DNA of 49,275 bases from an uncultured Planctomycetales bacterium (GTDB lineage: Bacteria > Omnitrophota > Gorgyraeia > Zapsychrales > JANLHA01). Shown here in pieces: positions 8,658 through 18,069 of this stretch (the stretch's first letter is position 1; every line of letters starts with the position of its first letter). The notes below the pieces were generated by a model. That model was not told the DNA's origin and did not search any database. It saw nothing but the letters and a program-made list of their open reading frames with translations. The position numbers and the translations under genes are program-made. Location of the stretch: contig CAZWOH010000001.1 of assembly GCA_964635405.1 (NCBI GenBank), positions 8,589 through 57,863 on the forward strand. The letters run 5' to 3'.

Positions 8658-8975
8658 ATGGATAAGCATGAGGAGTTCAAAAGGCTATACAAACGGTTCA
8701 TTGACGGCTCACGCTGGCTAAACAAGAAGATGATGGACGGCACAGCCACGCAAAAGGACAAGGACGAGTTTAATGAGCGGGTGGTAGCCCCCATGGACGC
8801 AATATGGGCGACGTTCACGGATGAGGAGAAGGACTATTGGGGCAAGGTTCAGTACGCAGTTGATCTGTTTGAGGGAACAATTGTCCTTGAAGATGAAGCC
8901 CGTAAAAGAAAACAGATTGAAGAACGAAGCAAGAGGAAGAAGAAGCGATGGAGAAATTATTCCCGATCATATTAA
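8658..8975 (+). CDS. Hypothetical phage protein (105 aa)
   Basis: ORF with a ggtggag SD-like sequence 8 nt upstream. Basic C-terminal tail. Confidence 0.65.
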   Translation: MDKHEEFKRLYKRFIDGSRWLNKKMMDGTATQKDKDEFNERVVAPMDAIWATFTDEEKDYWGKVQYAVDLFEGTIVLEDEARKRKQIEERSKRKKKRWRNYSRSY

Positions 8976-9082
8976 TCGTTTTAGATTTCGCCGCAGGTGT
9001 TGTGTACGCCTGTGGTGGGGACGTACGGCACGCAATTTACTGGACGGCCGCAGGAGTGCTGACGATATGCGTTACGTTTTAG
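8948..9082 (+). CDS. Possible small membrane protein (44 aa)
   Basis: Hand-translated MEKLFPIILIVLDFAAGVVYACGG...GVLTICVTF, two hydrophobic segments. It overlaps the end of the previous ORF. Confidence 0.3.
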   Translation: MEKLFPIILIVLDFAAGVVYACGGDVRHAIYWTAAGVLTICVTF

Positions 9083-9106
9083 GCAAGAATTTTTACGGGT
9101 CCTTCT

Positions 9107-9240
9107 GGGGGCGGTTTGGGCGAGGGTCGGGCGAGGCGCATTTTGTGAGTGATATAAAATTTTAAAATGCGTGTCAGTGTCAGTGAGGTCAAAACAAGGC
9201 GGTCAAAATGGTCACAAAAGGCTCAAAAAGGCGCATTTCA
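9107..9240 (+). promoter_or_regulatory. Regulatory region upstream of the packaging/late operon
   Basis: GGGCGAG x2. Inverted repeat cgcatttt/aaaatgcg (9137-9171) enclosing gatataaaat. Four A-tract repeats (GGTCAAAA at 9187 and 9201, GGTCACAAAA at 9210, GGCTCAAAAA at 9220), the last three spaced 9-10 bp apart (14 bp between the first two). A second ggcgcattt lies at about 9230. Confidence 0.4.
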
Positions 9241-9283
9241 TGGGGGAATACGCTTAGGAATGGGCAAATAAGGAGGAATTTCG

Positions 9284-10582
9284 ATGGCAAACATTAATGT
9301 CAATCCTGACATTTGCGATGTCAGTGTGTCAGAGCTTAAACCGGCTCCGTATAACCCAAGAGAGATTTCGGACGAGGCGTTAGCGGGGCTTCGGCAGTCG
9401 CTTGAGCGGTTCGGGATGGTGGATCTCTTGGTGGTGAACCGGCGCAACATGAGAATCATCTCAGGACATCAGCGATACAAGATTTTGCAGGAAGCGGGCG
9501 TTGAGAAAGTCACGGTCATCATGGTTGACGTGGATGAGATAGCCGAAATGGCTATGAACGTCACGCTCAACTCTCAAGAAATAACCGGGCAGTGGACAGC
9601 GGCGATCATTCCGCTTCTTGAGAAATTGCGTACGGAGAATGGGGACGCATATCTCGCTTTGCGTATGCAGGAGCTTAGGGATCAAGTGCGGGAGTTTGAG
9701 CAGGAGAATAAAGGCATTGGTAAAACGTTGCCTGATGATCTTCCCGAACCGCCGAAGGATCTTATCACCAAACCCGGGGACTTATGGATTCTCGGGGATC
9801 ACCGGTTGTTATGCGGTGACAGCACTAAAGAAGAAGATGTCGCCCGGTTAATGGACGGACAGCAGGCGGACTTGCTCGCAACCGACCCGCCGTACTGCGT
9901 TGATTACACCGGTAAGGATAGACCTAACGGTGGCAGGGATTGGTCGAACGTTTACCACGAAGTTGATATCCCGGACGCATCGGCATTCATGAAAAGTTTT
10001 TATTCTGTCGCACTCAAATTTATCAAACCGCACACAGCGTTGTATCTCTGGCACGCATCGAAGCGCAGAAGCGAGATTGAGGGTGTGTGCAAAGATCTCA
10101 ACATTCTCATTCATCAGCAAATCATTTGGGTTAAGCCGTGCGTGATTTTGACCTACTCATTTTATTCGTGGCGGCATGAGCCGTGTCTTTTGATGTGGGT
10201 CAAAGGGCAGAAGCCGCCGTATCGCCCGAAGGACAAATCTATCGGAAGTGTTTGGTCGATTGATTTCGTGCGCTCAGGTGACCCGACCACGCCGGAGTAC
10301 CACACCGATCTTTGGGAGCTTGATTGGGAGGGTAAGAAGCGGGGAAGCTCGATCGCTGAGCATCCCACGGTTAAACCAACGGAGGTGTTCGCCATACCAA
10401 TGCGTGTGCATACGCAGGTTGGGGATATTTGTTTTGAGCCGTTTTGCGGATCGGGTTCTCAGATCATAGCCGCCGAGAGGGTCAATCGCAGGTGCTTTGC
10501 CATGGAACTTGAACCGTTCTTTGTGGATGTGGCGGTTAAGCGCTGGGAAGAATTTACCGGCAAGAAAGCGGTGAGAGCGTAA
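9284..10582 (+). CDS. ParB-like nuclease domain / DNA methyltransferase fusion
   Basis: N-terminal ParBc (LKPAPYNPR...ISGHQRYKIL). Methyltransferase motif IV LLATDPPYCVDY. C-terminal FEPFCGSGSQ (motif I). Confidence 0.9.
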   Translation: MANINVNPDICDVSVSELKPAPYNPREISDEALAGLRQSLERFGMVDLLVVNRRNMRIISGHQRYKILQEAGVEKVTVIMVDVDEIAEMAMNVTLNSQEITGQWTAAIIPLLEKLRTENGDAYLALRMQELRDQVREFEQENKGIGKTLPDDLPEPPKDLITKPGDLWILGDHRLLCGDSTKEEDVARLMDGQQADLLATDPPYCVDYTGKDRPNGGRDWSNVYHEVDIPDASAFMKSFYSVALKFIKPHTALYLWHASKRRSEIEGVCKDLNILIHQQIIWVKPCVILTYSFYSWRHEPCLLMWVKGQKPPYRPKDKSIGSVWSIDFVRSGDPTTPEYHTDLWELDWEGKKRGSSIAEHPTVKPTEVFAIPMRVHTQVGDICFEPFCGSGSQIIAAERVNRRCFAMELEPFFVDVAVKRWEEFTGKKAVRA

Positions 10583-11253
10583 TGGAAGAAGTGAAGCCGA
10601 AACAGAACTTGGCGGATATCGCCCGGAAGAAACGCTACTTGCACTTGATTGAGAAACTGCATAGCGGCACGCCGTTAACGAAACCGGAGATTAAAGAGCT
10701 TGAGGAGTTTGAAAAAGAACCGGAGGCGCCGACTGTCGTTAAGAGCGCAGAGGAAGTGGCGCAGTTCATGGACGTGTCGGAGCGCACGGTTTATCGCTGG
10801 CGCAATGAAGGTATGCCGGTCACGAAAGATGGTTACTACGATCTTGAGCGGATCAGGGTTTGGTTTGAGGAAAGAGAAAAGACCGGTGATGGCGAGGGCA
10901 AGGCTTACTGGGAAGAAAAGATCAGGAAGTATAAAGCGACGCTTCTTGAGATTGAGTTGAAGAAGGCTCAGGGTGAGCTTGTCTCAAGCGAGGAGGTTGA
11001 GCGTGGGCGCATTTCAAGAATCATCGCTGTCAAGCGGTCATTCTTGGCTTTACCGACACGGCTTGCGCCAGTTCTTTCTATGCAAGAGCCGAGGGAAATT
11101 GAAGTCATTCTTTATGAGGCGATATCAGAAATTATTGATGAATTCGCAGGGGTTGTAAATGAGAACATTGAAACAGGACAGACAAATTTGGACGCAGGCG
11201 GAACTGCAGGCGTGGAAGCGTCCGGCGAAGATAACAGTCAGCCAGTGGGCTGA
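10582..11253 (+). CDS. Putative terminase small subunit
   Basis: HTH VSERTVYRWRNEGMPV. Positioned directly upstream of, and overlapping, TerL. Confidence 0.65.
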   Translation: MEEVKPKQNLADIARKKRYLHLIEKLHSGTPLTKPEIKELEEFEKEPEAPTVVKSAEEVAQFMDVSERTVYRWRNEGMPVTKDGYYDLERIRVWFEEREKTGDGEGKAYWEEKIRKYKATLLEIELKKAQGELVSSEEVERGRISRIIAVKRSFLALPTRLAPVLSMQEPREIEVILYEAISEIIDEFAGVVNENIETGQTNLDAGGTAGVEASGEDNSQPVG

Positions 11254-13030
11254 TCAATATCGTTATCTCAATCCGGTCACGTCAGCCGAACCGGGCAGGT
11301 GGAAGACTGTGCGCACACCTTATTTGCAGGGTGTGATGGACGCTTTCACGGATCCGTATGTCGAGGAGATCACGGTCATGGCGGCGTCTCAAGTCGGCAA
11401 GACCGAGGGCATGTTCAATATGCTGGGATACGTTATTGATCAGGACCCGGGCCCCACGCTGGTGGTGTTACCGAGAGAAAACGACGCAAAGAGCGTTTCA
11501 TATAACCGTGTACTTCCCATGATTCACGGCTCGCCGGTTCTTCGCAATCGTATGCCGGTTAACGCTGACGATATGACGAAACTCGAATATCGTTTTGACC
11601 GGATGATTCTATTCTTCGCAGGGTCGAACAGTCCGGCGGATTTGGCTTCAAGACCGATTCGCTATTTGTTTTTAGATGAGATTGATAAATACCCGAGGTT
11701 CTCAGGGCGTGAGGCTGATCCGATTAAGTTGGCGACAGAGCGACAGAAAACATTTTGGAATAAAAAGACGGTTAAGGTATCAACGCCGACAACTCGTGAT
11801 GGCTACATCTATCGTGAGTTTGAAAAATCCGACCAGCGCAGGTTTTTCGTGCCGTGTCCGCATTGCGGCGGGTATCAGATACTGGTGTTTGGTCAGATCA
11901 AATGGCCGGAGCATGAGAGGTCAGCTGAGAGAATCAGGAACGAGAGGCTTGCGTGGTATGAGTGCGAGCATTGCAAGAAGCGCATCGATGATTATCAAAA
12001 GCAACAGATATTGGCTCACGGAAAGTGGGTGCCGAGAGATTGCGAGATAAACGAGCAAGGAGAGATTTGGGGTGAGGGGATTAAAAGTAAACACAGGGGA
12101 TTTTGGATTAATTCACTTTACTCGCCGTGGCTTAATTGGAGCGATATCGCCGCAGAGTTTTTGAAGTCGAAAGATTTCATTGAGCTATTGATGAACTTTG
12201 TCAATTCGTGGCTTGCCGAGGTTTGGGAAGAAAAAATTGAGGAGACCACGGTTGATCGGGTCAAAGCGCACGCCTGCGAGTATACGGAAGGGATAGTTCC
12301 CGATGATGTGGTTGTCTTAACCGCTGGCGTTGACGTGCAGAAAGATCATTTTTATTACGTTATTCGTGGCTGGGGATATGAGGAACAGTCGTGGCTTGTG
12401 CGGTGCGGCTCTCTGGAATATTGGGATGATTTAGTTGAGGTGTTATTCAAGACGGAGTACAGAAAGTTTTCGGGTGGTGAGACACTTCCGGTTTACATTA
12501 CATGCGTTGATTCGGGGTTCAGGACTGACGAGGTGTATCACTTCTGCAGGCAGTGGCACGATCGGGCGAAGGCGATCAAGGGTCAGGAAGAATTAACGGA
12601 CGGTAGATTTTACCGGGCGTCAAAGATAGATATTAATTCACGCACGGGAAGCATTATCAAGAACGGGCTGGTGCTGTGGAATCTTAATGTCACGCAGTAT
12701 AAGGACAAGATCAGCCGCCTTGTTGCGAGCAAGGATCCGGAGAAATGGCATTTGTTTAAAGACCCGTCAGATGATTACCTTTCTCAGTTCACCGCTGAAC
12801 ATAAGGTTTTGGTAAGAAACAGAAACACAGGCAAGGCGAAGGAAGTCTGGCAGAAAAAACGCTCCTCGGTTGCGAATCACTATCTTGATGCGGAGGTTTA
12901 CGCCATTGCCGCCGCTGACATAATCCGTGCGCTTAATCTTCGCAGAGACGAGCGTACGGTTCATAAAGATATAAGGCAGGAACACAGCCGTTCCAGCTGG
13001 ATTCGCAAGCGGGAAGGGGCGTGGATTTAA
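11159..13030 (+). CDS. Terminase large subunit, lambda gpA family
   Basis: 623 aa. The N-terminal SQWADQYRYL...GRWKTVRTPYLQGVMDAF resembles the gpA N-terminus. A Walker-like region is present, plus Zn-ribbon CPHCGGY...CEHCKK. Confidence 0.9.
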   Translation: MRTLKQDRQIWTQAELQAWKRPAKITVSQWADQYRYLNPVTSAEPGRWKTVRTPYLQGVMDAFTDPYVEEITVMAASQVGKTEGMFNMLGYVIDQDPGPTLVVLPRENDAKSVSYNRVLPMIHGSPVLRNRMPVNADDMTKLEYRFDRMILFFAGSNSPADLASRPIRYLFLDEIDKYPRFSGREADPIKLATERQKTFWNKKTVKVSTPTTRDGYIYREFEKSDQRRFFVPCPHCGGYQILVFGQIKWPEHERSAERIRNERLAWYECEHCKKRIDDYQKQQILAHGKWVPRDCEINEQGEIWGEGIKSKHRGFWINSLYSPWLNWSDIAAEFLKSKDFIELLMNFVNSWLAEVWEEKIEETTVDRVKAHACEYTEGIVPDDVVVLTAGVDVQKDHFYYVIRGWGYEEQSWLVRCGSLEYWDDLVEVLFKTEYRKFSGGETLPVYITCVDSGFRTDEVYHFCRQWHDRAKAIKGQEELTDGRFYRASKIDINSRTGSIIKNGLVLWNLNVTQYKDKISRLVASKDPEKWHLFKDPSDDYLSQFTAEHKVLVRNRNTGKAKEVWQKKRSSVANHYLDAEVYAIAAADIIRALNLRRDERTVHKDIRQEHSRSSWIRKREGAWI

Positions 13031-13275
13031 TGGGCGGCAGATGGCTGAATAGACATGAAAACTGGCTTGATAAAAAACCCAACATCGAACGTCGCCCTGT
13101 TGGCAGACCGGTTAATGACAGCGAGGATTACGGCGTGAGGTATATTCCGTTAAAATGCCCGAAGTGTAAAAGCAAAGACGTGCGGTGTTATTCAAGCTCA
13201 CCGCCTATTCGATATCATGTTTGCCGGGATTGCGGCTACAATTTCAAATCCGTTGAGGCAAGTGATGAAAAATAA
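13030..13275 (+). CDS. Ogr/Delta-like zinc-finger protein (putative late transcription activator)
   Basis: CPKCKSKDVRCYSSSPPIRYHVCRDCGYNF parallels P2 Ogr CPLC...RYHQC...C..F, recalled from memory. The ATG overlaps the TerL stop (TAATG). Confidence 0.5.
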   Translation: MGGRWLNRHENWLDKKPNIERRPVGRPVNDSEDYGVRYIPLKCPKCKSKDVRCYSSSPPIRYHVCRDCGYNFKSVEASDEK

Positions 13276-13391
13276 TTATTACTATTTTGTAGTAACGACC
13301 CAATTGAAAAAGATATGAGATGAGATAAACTTAAATTAGAAAATTAAAAGCGGGACAGCTGATCACTGCCGCCGCACCCAATAAGCAATAA

Positions 13392-13430
13392 AAACCCGAT
13401 TCCTTAGCTAAGGGGGAGTCGGGTTTTTTT
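13392..13430 (+). terminator. Intrinsic terminator in an AT-rich gap
   Basis: aaaacccgattcc-ttagctaagg-gggagtcgggttttttt: GC-rich stem plus a T7 run. Confidence 0.6.
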
Positions 13431-13450
13431 ATTGGGCTGATGGAGAGGTT

Positions 13451-13666
13451 ATGAGCACACCAACAAAACAGGAAATGCTTGAGAACGTTGAGACGGCGAT
13501 TAACGCCCGAATGACTGGCGGGGCGGTGCAGTCGTATTCGATCGGCGGCCGCAATTTGCAGTACATAACATTGGCGGAACTTATAAAACTGCGGGACACG
13601 TTACGGCAGGAAATCGCCGCTGGCAGTTCTCGCACGTCATACGCAAAGTTTGAGAATCCGGTATGA
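13451..13666 (+). CDS. Head-tail joining protein, gpW-like
   Basis: 71 aa. Its size and its position immediately upstream of a lambda-type portal match gpW. SD ggagagg. Confidence 0.75.
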   Translation: MSTPTKQEMLENVETAINARMTGGAVQSYSIGGRNLQYITLAELIKLRDTLRQEIAAGSSRTSYAKFENPV

Positions 13667-15240
13667 GCATAAAAGAAAAATTAGCGAATGGGTTAGACGG
13701 TTTAGTTGGTTTTTTCTCACCGAAGGCTGGCTTAAAGAGGCGGATGTTTCGTGAGGCGATCAAGTTATCCGACAAGTTTGGGGCTTATCGTGGGGCGGAA
13801 AAAAACAGAATGCGTTCGTCTTGGATTCCGGGCGGGGGATCCGCTGATCAGGACATTATTCCTGATTTGCCGGACTTGAGAGAACGTAGCCGTGACTTAA
13901 ACCGTAATGACGCACACGCCTCAGGGATCACGAACACCATGACAACGAACGTCGTTGGCACTGGTATCCGGCCACAGAGCAGGGTTGATAAAGAGGCTCT
14001 CGGGATCGCTGAAAGCAAGGCGGATAAGTTTCAAAAGAAAGCCGAGCGCTCATGGAAGTTATGGCTTCCATACGCTGACGCTGGCAATCGCATGGACTTT
14101 TACGAAATCCAACAGCTGGTTGACAGGCAGATTTTAGAAAACGGCGAGGCGATTGTTATCCCGGTAATGTTTAAGGACAAAAATCGTCCTTACTCGCTTG
14201 CGTTGCAGGTTATTGAGTCAGACAGACTCGCCACGCCGCCTGATAAACGTGGGGACAAAACTGTTAGAGCCGGAGTCAGGATTGGCGAGAACGGAGAGCC
14301 GGTTTCTTACTTTATTCAAAAAAGCCACCCCGGTGATTACCGGTTCACGAAAGCGGACGAACGAGATTTTATTGAGATCCCCGCACGTAATGAGTTCGGC
14401 AGACCGAATGTTTTTCATTTATATCCGGTTCAGCGATCAGGACAGACTCGTGGGGTTCCGTTCTTTTCTCCAGTGCTCACGTATTTCAAAGACTTGGCGG
14501 AGTACGCCGAAGCTGAACTAGTCGCCGCACGAATTGCGGCGTGTTTCTCGATATTTATCACCTCGGAAGCATCGATGGATCTTAACACCGGCTATGACCG
14601 CAACTTTCAAGGGCAATTCTTAGAGTCATTAGAGCCGGGCATGATAAGGCATCTTCTTCCGGGTGAGTCTATAACGTCGTTTAATCCGCAACGGCCTTCG
14701 GCTACGTTCGAGCCGTTTGTGGAGAAAATGCTCAGGGCGATTTCAGCGGCGCTGGGGTTGCCGTATGAGTTAGTCGCCAAGGATTTCTCAAAGACGAACT
14801 ACTCAAGCGCACGTGCGGCGCTTCTTGAGGCACGCAGGTATTTCAAGGTGAGGCAGGAATGGCTCGCTCGCAAACTCTGCCAGCCGGTTTGGGAAATGGT
14901 TTTAGAGGAAGCGTATCTCAGGGGCGAGTTGGGGGCGATATCGTTTTACGAGAACAAGCAATATTGGGTCAACGCATCGTGGATCACGCCGGGCTGGGAA
15001 TGGGTTGATCCGTTGAAAGAAGCCCAAGCGGCGGAAGTGGGCATCCGTAACGGGATTATCACTTACTCGGATTTATATTCGGCGCAGGGGAAAGACTGGG
15101 AGGAATGTTTTGAGCAAAGAAAAAGAGAACAAGAAAAAATCAAAGAGCTCGGGCTTGAAATCAATAAAAAGCCGGATTCAGGTGATGGTAAGAGCGCAAA
15201 TGCAGACAGCGCAGACGCTGGTAGTGGAGGTGAGGAATAG
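13663..15240 (+). CDS. Portal protein, lambda gpB family
   Basis: 525 aa, ATGA-coupled to the gpW-like gene. Position and size fit. Acidic C-terminus. Confidence 0.9.
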   Translation: MSIKEKLANGLDGLVGFFSPKAGLKRRMFREAIKLSDKFGAYRGAEKNRMRSSWIPGGGSADQDIIPDLPDLRERSRDLNRNDAHASGITNTMTTNVVGTGIRPQSRVDKEALGIAESKADKFQKKAERSWKLWLPYADAGNRMDFYEIQQLVDRQILENGEAIVIPVMFKDKNRPYSLALQVIESDRLATPPDKRGDKTVRAGVRIGENGEPVSYFIQKSHPGDYRFTKADERDFIEIPARNEFGRPNVFHLYPVQRSGQTRGVPFFSPVLTYFKDLAEYAEAELVAARIAACFSIFITSEASMDLNTGYDRNFQGQFLESLEPGMIRHLLPGESITSFNPQRPSATFEPFVEKMLRAISAALGLPYELVAKDFSKTNYSSARAALLEARRYFKVRQEWLARKLCQPVWEMVLEEAYLRGELGAISFYENKQYWVNASWITPGWEWVDPLKEAQAAEVGIRNGIITYSDLYSAQGKDWEECFEQRKREQEKIKELGLEINKKPDSGDGKSANADSADAGSGGEE

Positions 15241-16311
15241 ATGAAAAAAGACTTATTCAGAGCAGACGTCGTACGTTCCGGCAACGTCAAGATCGATAGA
15301 GATTCAGCAGTCATCAATGGCTTCGCTGTAGTCACGAAAGGCGTTACGAAGGACAGCCGAGGCGAGTTTGATGATATCTCGCTTAATTCTGTTGTTGAGC
15401 TTGGGAACAAGGTGAAAACGGGAGTCAAATCACGGTTTGGTCATCCCAACATGAGTAGCACGGCACTCGGCACTTTTTTGGGCAGGGTGCGGAATTTCAG
15501 GCGTGATGGAGACATAGTCAGAGCGGACTTGCACATCGATAAGACGGCTTTTGAAACACCGGACGGAGATCTCGCCGGGTATGTGCTTAATCTCGCTGAA
15601 AGCGATCCGGAGATGTTTGGTGCGTCGATGGTGATTTATTGGGATGAGGAAAAACGAGAGGGCTTGGACGCTAATGGCAACGAACTACCGCCGTTCATTC
15701 GTGTCACCAATCTTTTCTCGGTTGATGTGGTGGACGATCCAGCGGCGAACAACGGTCTTTTTGGTATGCCGTTTTTCTCCGAAAGCGTGAGGCCGTCAGC
15801 GGAGATGACAGCCTTCTTGGACAAATTCCTTAACAATCCTGATGCGGTAGAGAAAACCATCGGGTTTTTGAATAGATATCGTTTGAATAAAGAAGTGCAA
15901 TCCAAACCTAAAGAGGAGGTGTTAACGATGCATGATTTAACGTTAGAGAAGTTGAAAGAGGAGAGAAAGGATATTTTTGATGCGGCTCATAAACAAGGCT
16001 TTGACGCTGGCGTTCAGGACGAACGTGGCAGGGCGGTTGCGATCTTGAAAAAAGCGGAATCGTTTCAGGGTATGAGCGCTCTCGCATTGGAGTCGGTTGA
16101 GCAGGGGCTCACGCTTGATCAATCTGTCGTGAAGTTCCAGCAGAAGCGGCTTGATGATATCGAGAAAGCGTCAGCGCCGGTTGTCGGGCCTGATGGAGAG
16201 GAAGTATCCAAAAAGAAGGTGACTCATTTGGAGCGTGCTCGGCAGTACCAGAAAGAACACGGGTGCGGCATGACGGACGCTCTTAAAGCGACAGCGGACA
16301 AAAGGCAATAA
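15241..16311 (+). CDS. Prohead protease / scaffold protein
   Basis: 356 aa directly after the portal. The C-terminal half is coiled-coil and charged, like the gpC/Nu3 arrangement. Confidence 0.7.
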   Translation: MKKDLFRADVVRSGNVKIDRDSAVINGFAVVTKGVTKDSRGEFDDISLNSVVELGNKVKTGVKSRFGHPNMSSTALGTFLGRVRNFRRDGDIVRADLHIDKTAFETPDGDLAGYVLNLAESDPEMFGASMVIYWDEEKREGLDANGNELPPFIRVTNLFSVDVVDDPAANNGLFGMPFFSESVRPSAEMTAFLDKFLNNPDAVEKTIGFLNRYRLNKEVQSKPKEEVLTMHDLTLEKLKEERKDIFDAAHKQGFDAGVQDERGRAVAILKKAESFQGMSALALESVEQGLTLDQSVVKFQQKRLDDIEKASAPVVGPDGEEVSKKKVTHLERARQYQKEHGCGMTDALKATADKRQ

Positions 16312-16332
16312 CTATAAAGGAGGAGGTAAACA

Positions 16333-16686
16333 ATGTCTCAATTTAATATCGGATCAAAAGCGTTTGTGGCGGGAGAGGATTTAGAAGCTTACCGCCGGGT
16401 GAAGTTAAGCGCAGGAAGCGGCTCGCAGGTTGAGTACGCAGACGCAGGTGAGGCTTGCATTGGGATCACGGCGGCAAAGGCGGCGCAGGGTGAGCATATC
16501 AGCGTTGATTTAAAAACCAGCGGCAGGACGTTCAAGATGGTGGCGGCCGGGGTTATCAGCGCAGGTGGTGATGTTTACGGAGCCAATGACGGCAAGATCA
16601 GCGCAGTCGTGAGCGGCTCTATTATCGGAAAAGCGCTGGAAGCCTCGACAAGCGATGAGGAAGTCATTGAAGGGCTATTTGCCTAA
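16333..16686 (+). CDS. Head decoration protein (gpD-position)
   Basis: 117 aa, Gly/Ala-rich, between the protease and the major capsid gene. SD aggagg. Confidence 0.6.
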   Translation: MSQFNIGSKAFVAGEDLEAYRRVKLSAGSGSQVEYADAGEACIGITAAKAAQGEHISVDLKTSGRTFKMVAAGVISAGGDVYGANDGKISAVVSGSIIGKALEASTSDEEVIEGLFA

Positions 16687-16705
16687 TCAAAAGGAGGAAT
16701 AAAAA

Positions 16706-17662
16706 ATGCCAGACTATCAGGGAACAAGAGCAGTACCGAGACTTGAGTTAGGGGAAGCGGCGTTGGAGTTTATCCAGTCGCAGAATGAATTTATTGGCAC
16801 GCAGGTTCTGCCAATTTTTCAGACCAAAAAGAAAGCGAGTATCTTTCCGGCGATCACAAGGGAAAGCATCACTCGTGAGGCGGACACCAAGCGTGCGCCT
16901 CGAGGCAACTACAACCGTGATTCGTTTCAGGCGAAAGACAGGCAGTACGCCTGCGAGGAGCATGGTTTGGAAGGGCCTCTTGACGATTCCGAACGGGAAA
17001 TGTACGCCACGGATTTTGACGCCGAGCTTACAACCGTTCAGATCGTGACACGCAGGGTTCTGCAGGCGCAGGAAAAACGCATTGCCTCAAAAGTTTTTGA
17101 CACCTCCGTTTTTACGGGGTCAAAACTTTTCACCGACTTTTCGGGCGAGCCTTGGGATAACGCCTCGAGCGATGTTATCGCTCAGGTGCGAGCCGCTCGT
17201 GAGCAGGTGAGGCAAAACTGCGGGATGGAACCCGGTTCGCTCATTATGAGCAAAGCGAACATCGACCGACTTCTGAACAATGACAAGATCAAGGGTGCGA
17301 TTCAGTATGTCGCAAGATTGACTGAGGCGGAACTCTTGAACGCCATGGCGGACATACTCGGCGTTAAGCGGATCATTGTCGGAAGGGCGATATACAACAC
17401 AGCGAAGGAAGGCAAGGCATTTCAGGGAGCGGATATCTGGAGTGACGACTTCGCTATGGTCGCTGTGATCGGTGAAGGGCAGAGATTGTCCGATCCGACC
17501 GTGGGAAGGACGTTTCTGTGGACTGCGGACAGCCCGGAAAACGCCACGGTTGAGCAGTATCGTGATGATGCGGCCAGAAGCGACATCTTCCGTGTGCGTC
17601 AGCATGTGGACGAGATGATCGTTGATCCGTACTTCGCCCATCTTTTAAAAGTAGACGCTTAA
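16706..17662 (+). CDS. Major capsid protein (gpE-like by size and position)
   Basis: 318 aa. SD aaggagg. Followed by a stem-loop. Confidence 0.85.
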   Translation: MPDYQGTRAVPRLELGEAALEFIQSQNEFIGTQVLPIFQTKKKASIFPAITRESITREADTKRAPRGNYNRDSFQAKDRQYACEEHGLEGPLDDSEREMYATDFDAELTTVQIVTRRVLQAQEKRIASKVFDTSVFTGSKLFTDFSGEPWDNASSDVIAQVRAAREQVRQNCGMEPGSLIMSKANIDRLLNNDKIKGAIQYVARLTEAELLNAMADILGVKRIIVGRAIYNTAKEGKAFQGADIWSDDFAMVAVIGEGQRLSDPTVGRTFLWTADSPENATVEQYRDDAARSDIFRVRQHVDEMIVDPYFAHLLKVDA

Positions 17663-17675
17663 AACACTGAGGCTC

Positions 17676-17701
17676 GCCCGGGGGCTTAAACGCTCCCGGG
17701 C
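17676..17701 (+). terminator. GC-rich stem-loop after the capsid gene (possible attenuator)
   Basis: gcccggggg-cttaaacg-ctcccgggc, a 9-bp stem including one G-U pair. There is no clear T run. Confidence 0.35.
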
Positions 17702-17722
17702 ACTCATTAAGGGTAGGTGTCT

Positions 17723-18067
17723 ATGAGTTTAAAAGAACAGATGCCGAAGGACGCTGTCGGTTGTTTTTTAAAAAGCGGTGAGTTCGCCGAGGATATCACC
17801 TACACGACAGGTGCGGGTGTTTCCAAGGTGATCAAAGCCGTTGTTGTGCGATATGAACTCGCCCCGGCGGAAGAAAACATAAACCGCTCGTTAAAGAAGC
17901 AGGCGGAAGTTTACATCGCAAACGATGAGACAAATGGCGTGACTTCGGTAAATAAGAAGGATGACCGCATAACACTTAAAGACACGGAAGGCTTCGATCG
18001 TGAAGCGAGGATTAATGATGTCATAAACCGTGACGAGGGTATGTGGTACCTCTTGGTGGGGTGGTAG
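17723..18067 (+). CDS. Head-tail connector/adaptor protein (putative)
   Basis: 114 aa, first gene after the capsid gene. An ATG at 17723 lies within a track ORF that opens at 17717. Confidence 0.65.
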   Translation: MSLKEQMPKDAVGCFLKSGEFAEDITYTTGAGVSKVIKAVVVRYELAPAEENINRSLKKQAEVYIANDETNGVTSVNKKDDRITLKDTEGFDREARINDVINRDEGMWYLLVGW

Positions 18068-18069
18068 GC

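Noticed and set aside
8255-8721. Track ORFs 8255-8623 and 8533-8721, which span the iteron region.
   Set aside because: The first overlaps the primase-helicase 3' end out of frame. Both run through the repeat/AT-rich region, lack SDs, and have implausible composition.
11159-11253. The 95-nt overlap between TerS and TerL as a possible frameshift or fusion.
   Set aside because: The TerL N-terminus from the ATG at 11159 already matches the gpA-type N-terminal layout (WAD...L about 30 residues in). No slippery sequence was seen, so a simple gene overlap is the economical reading.
17120-17641. 173-aa minus-strand ORF inside the major capsid gene. Similar antisense ORFs lie at 19586-20122 (178 aa) and 32553-33158 (201 aa).
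   Set aside because: All are fully embedded antisense to plus-strand genes that have strong SDs and recognisable motifs or positions. They have no SD of their own and low-complexity Ser/Pro/Arg-rich translations typical of shadow ORFs.
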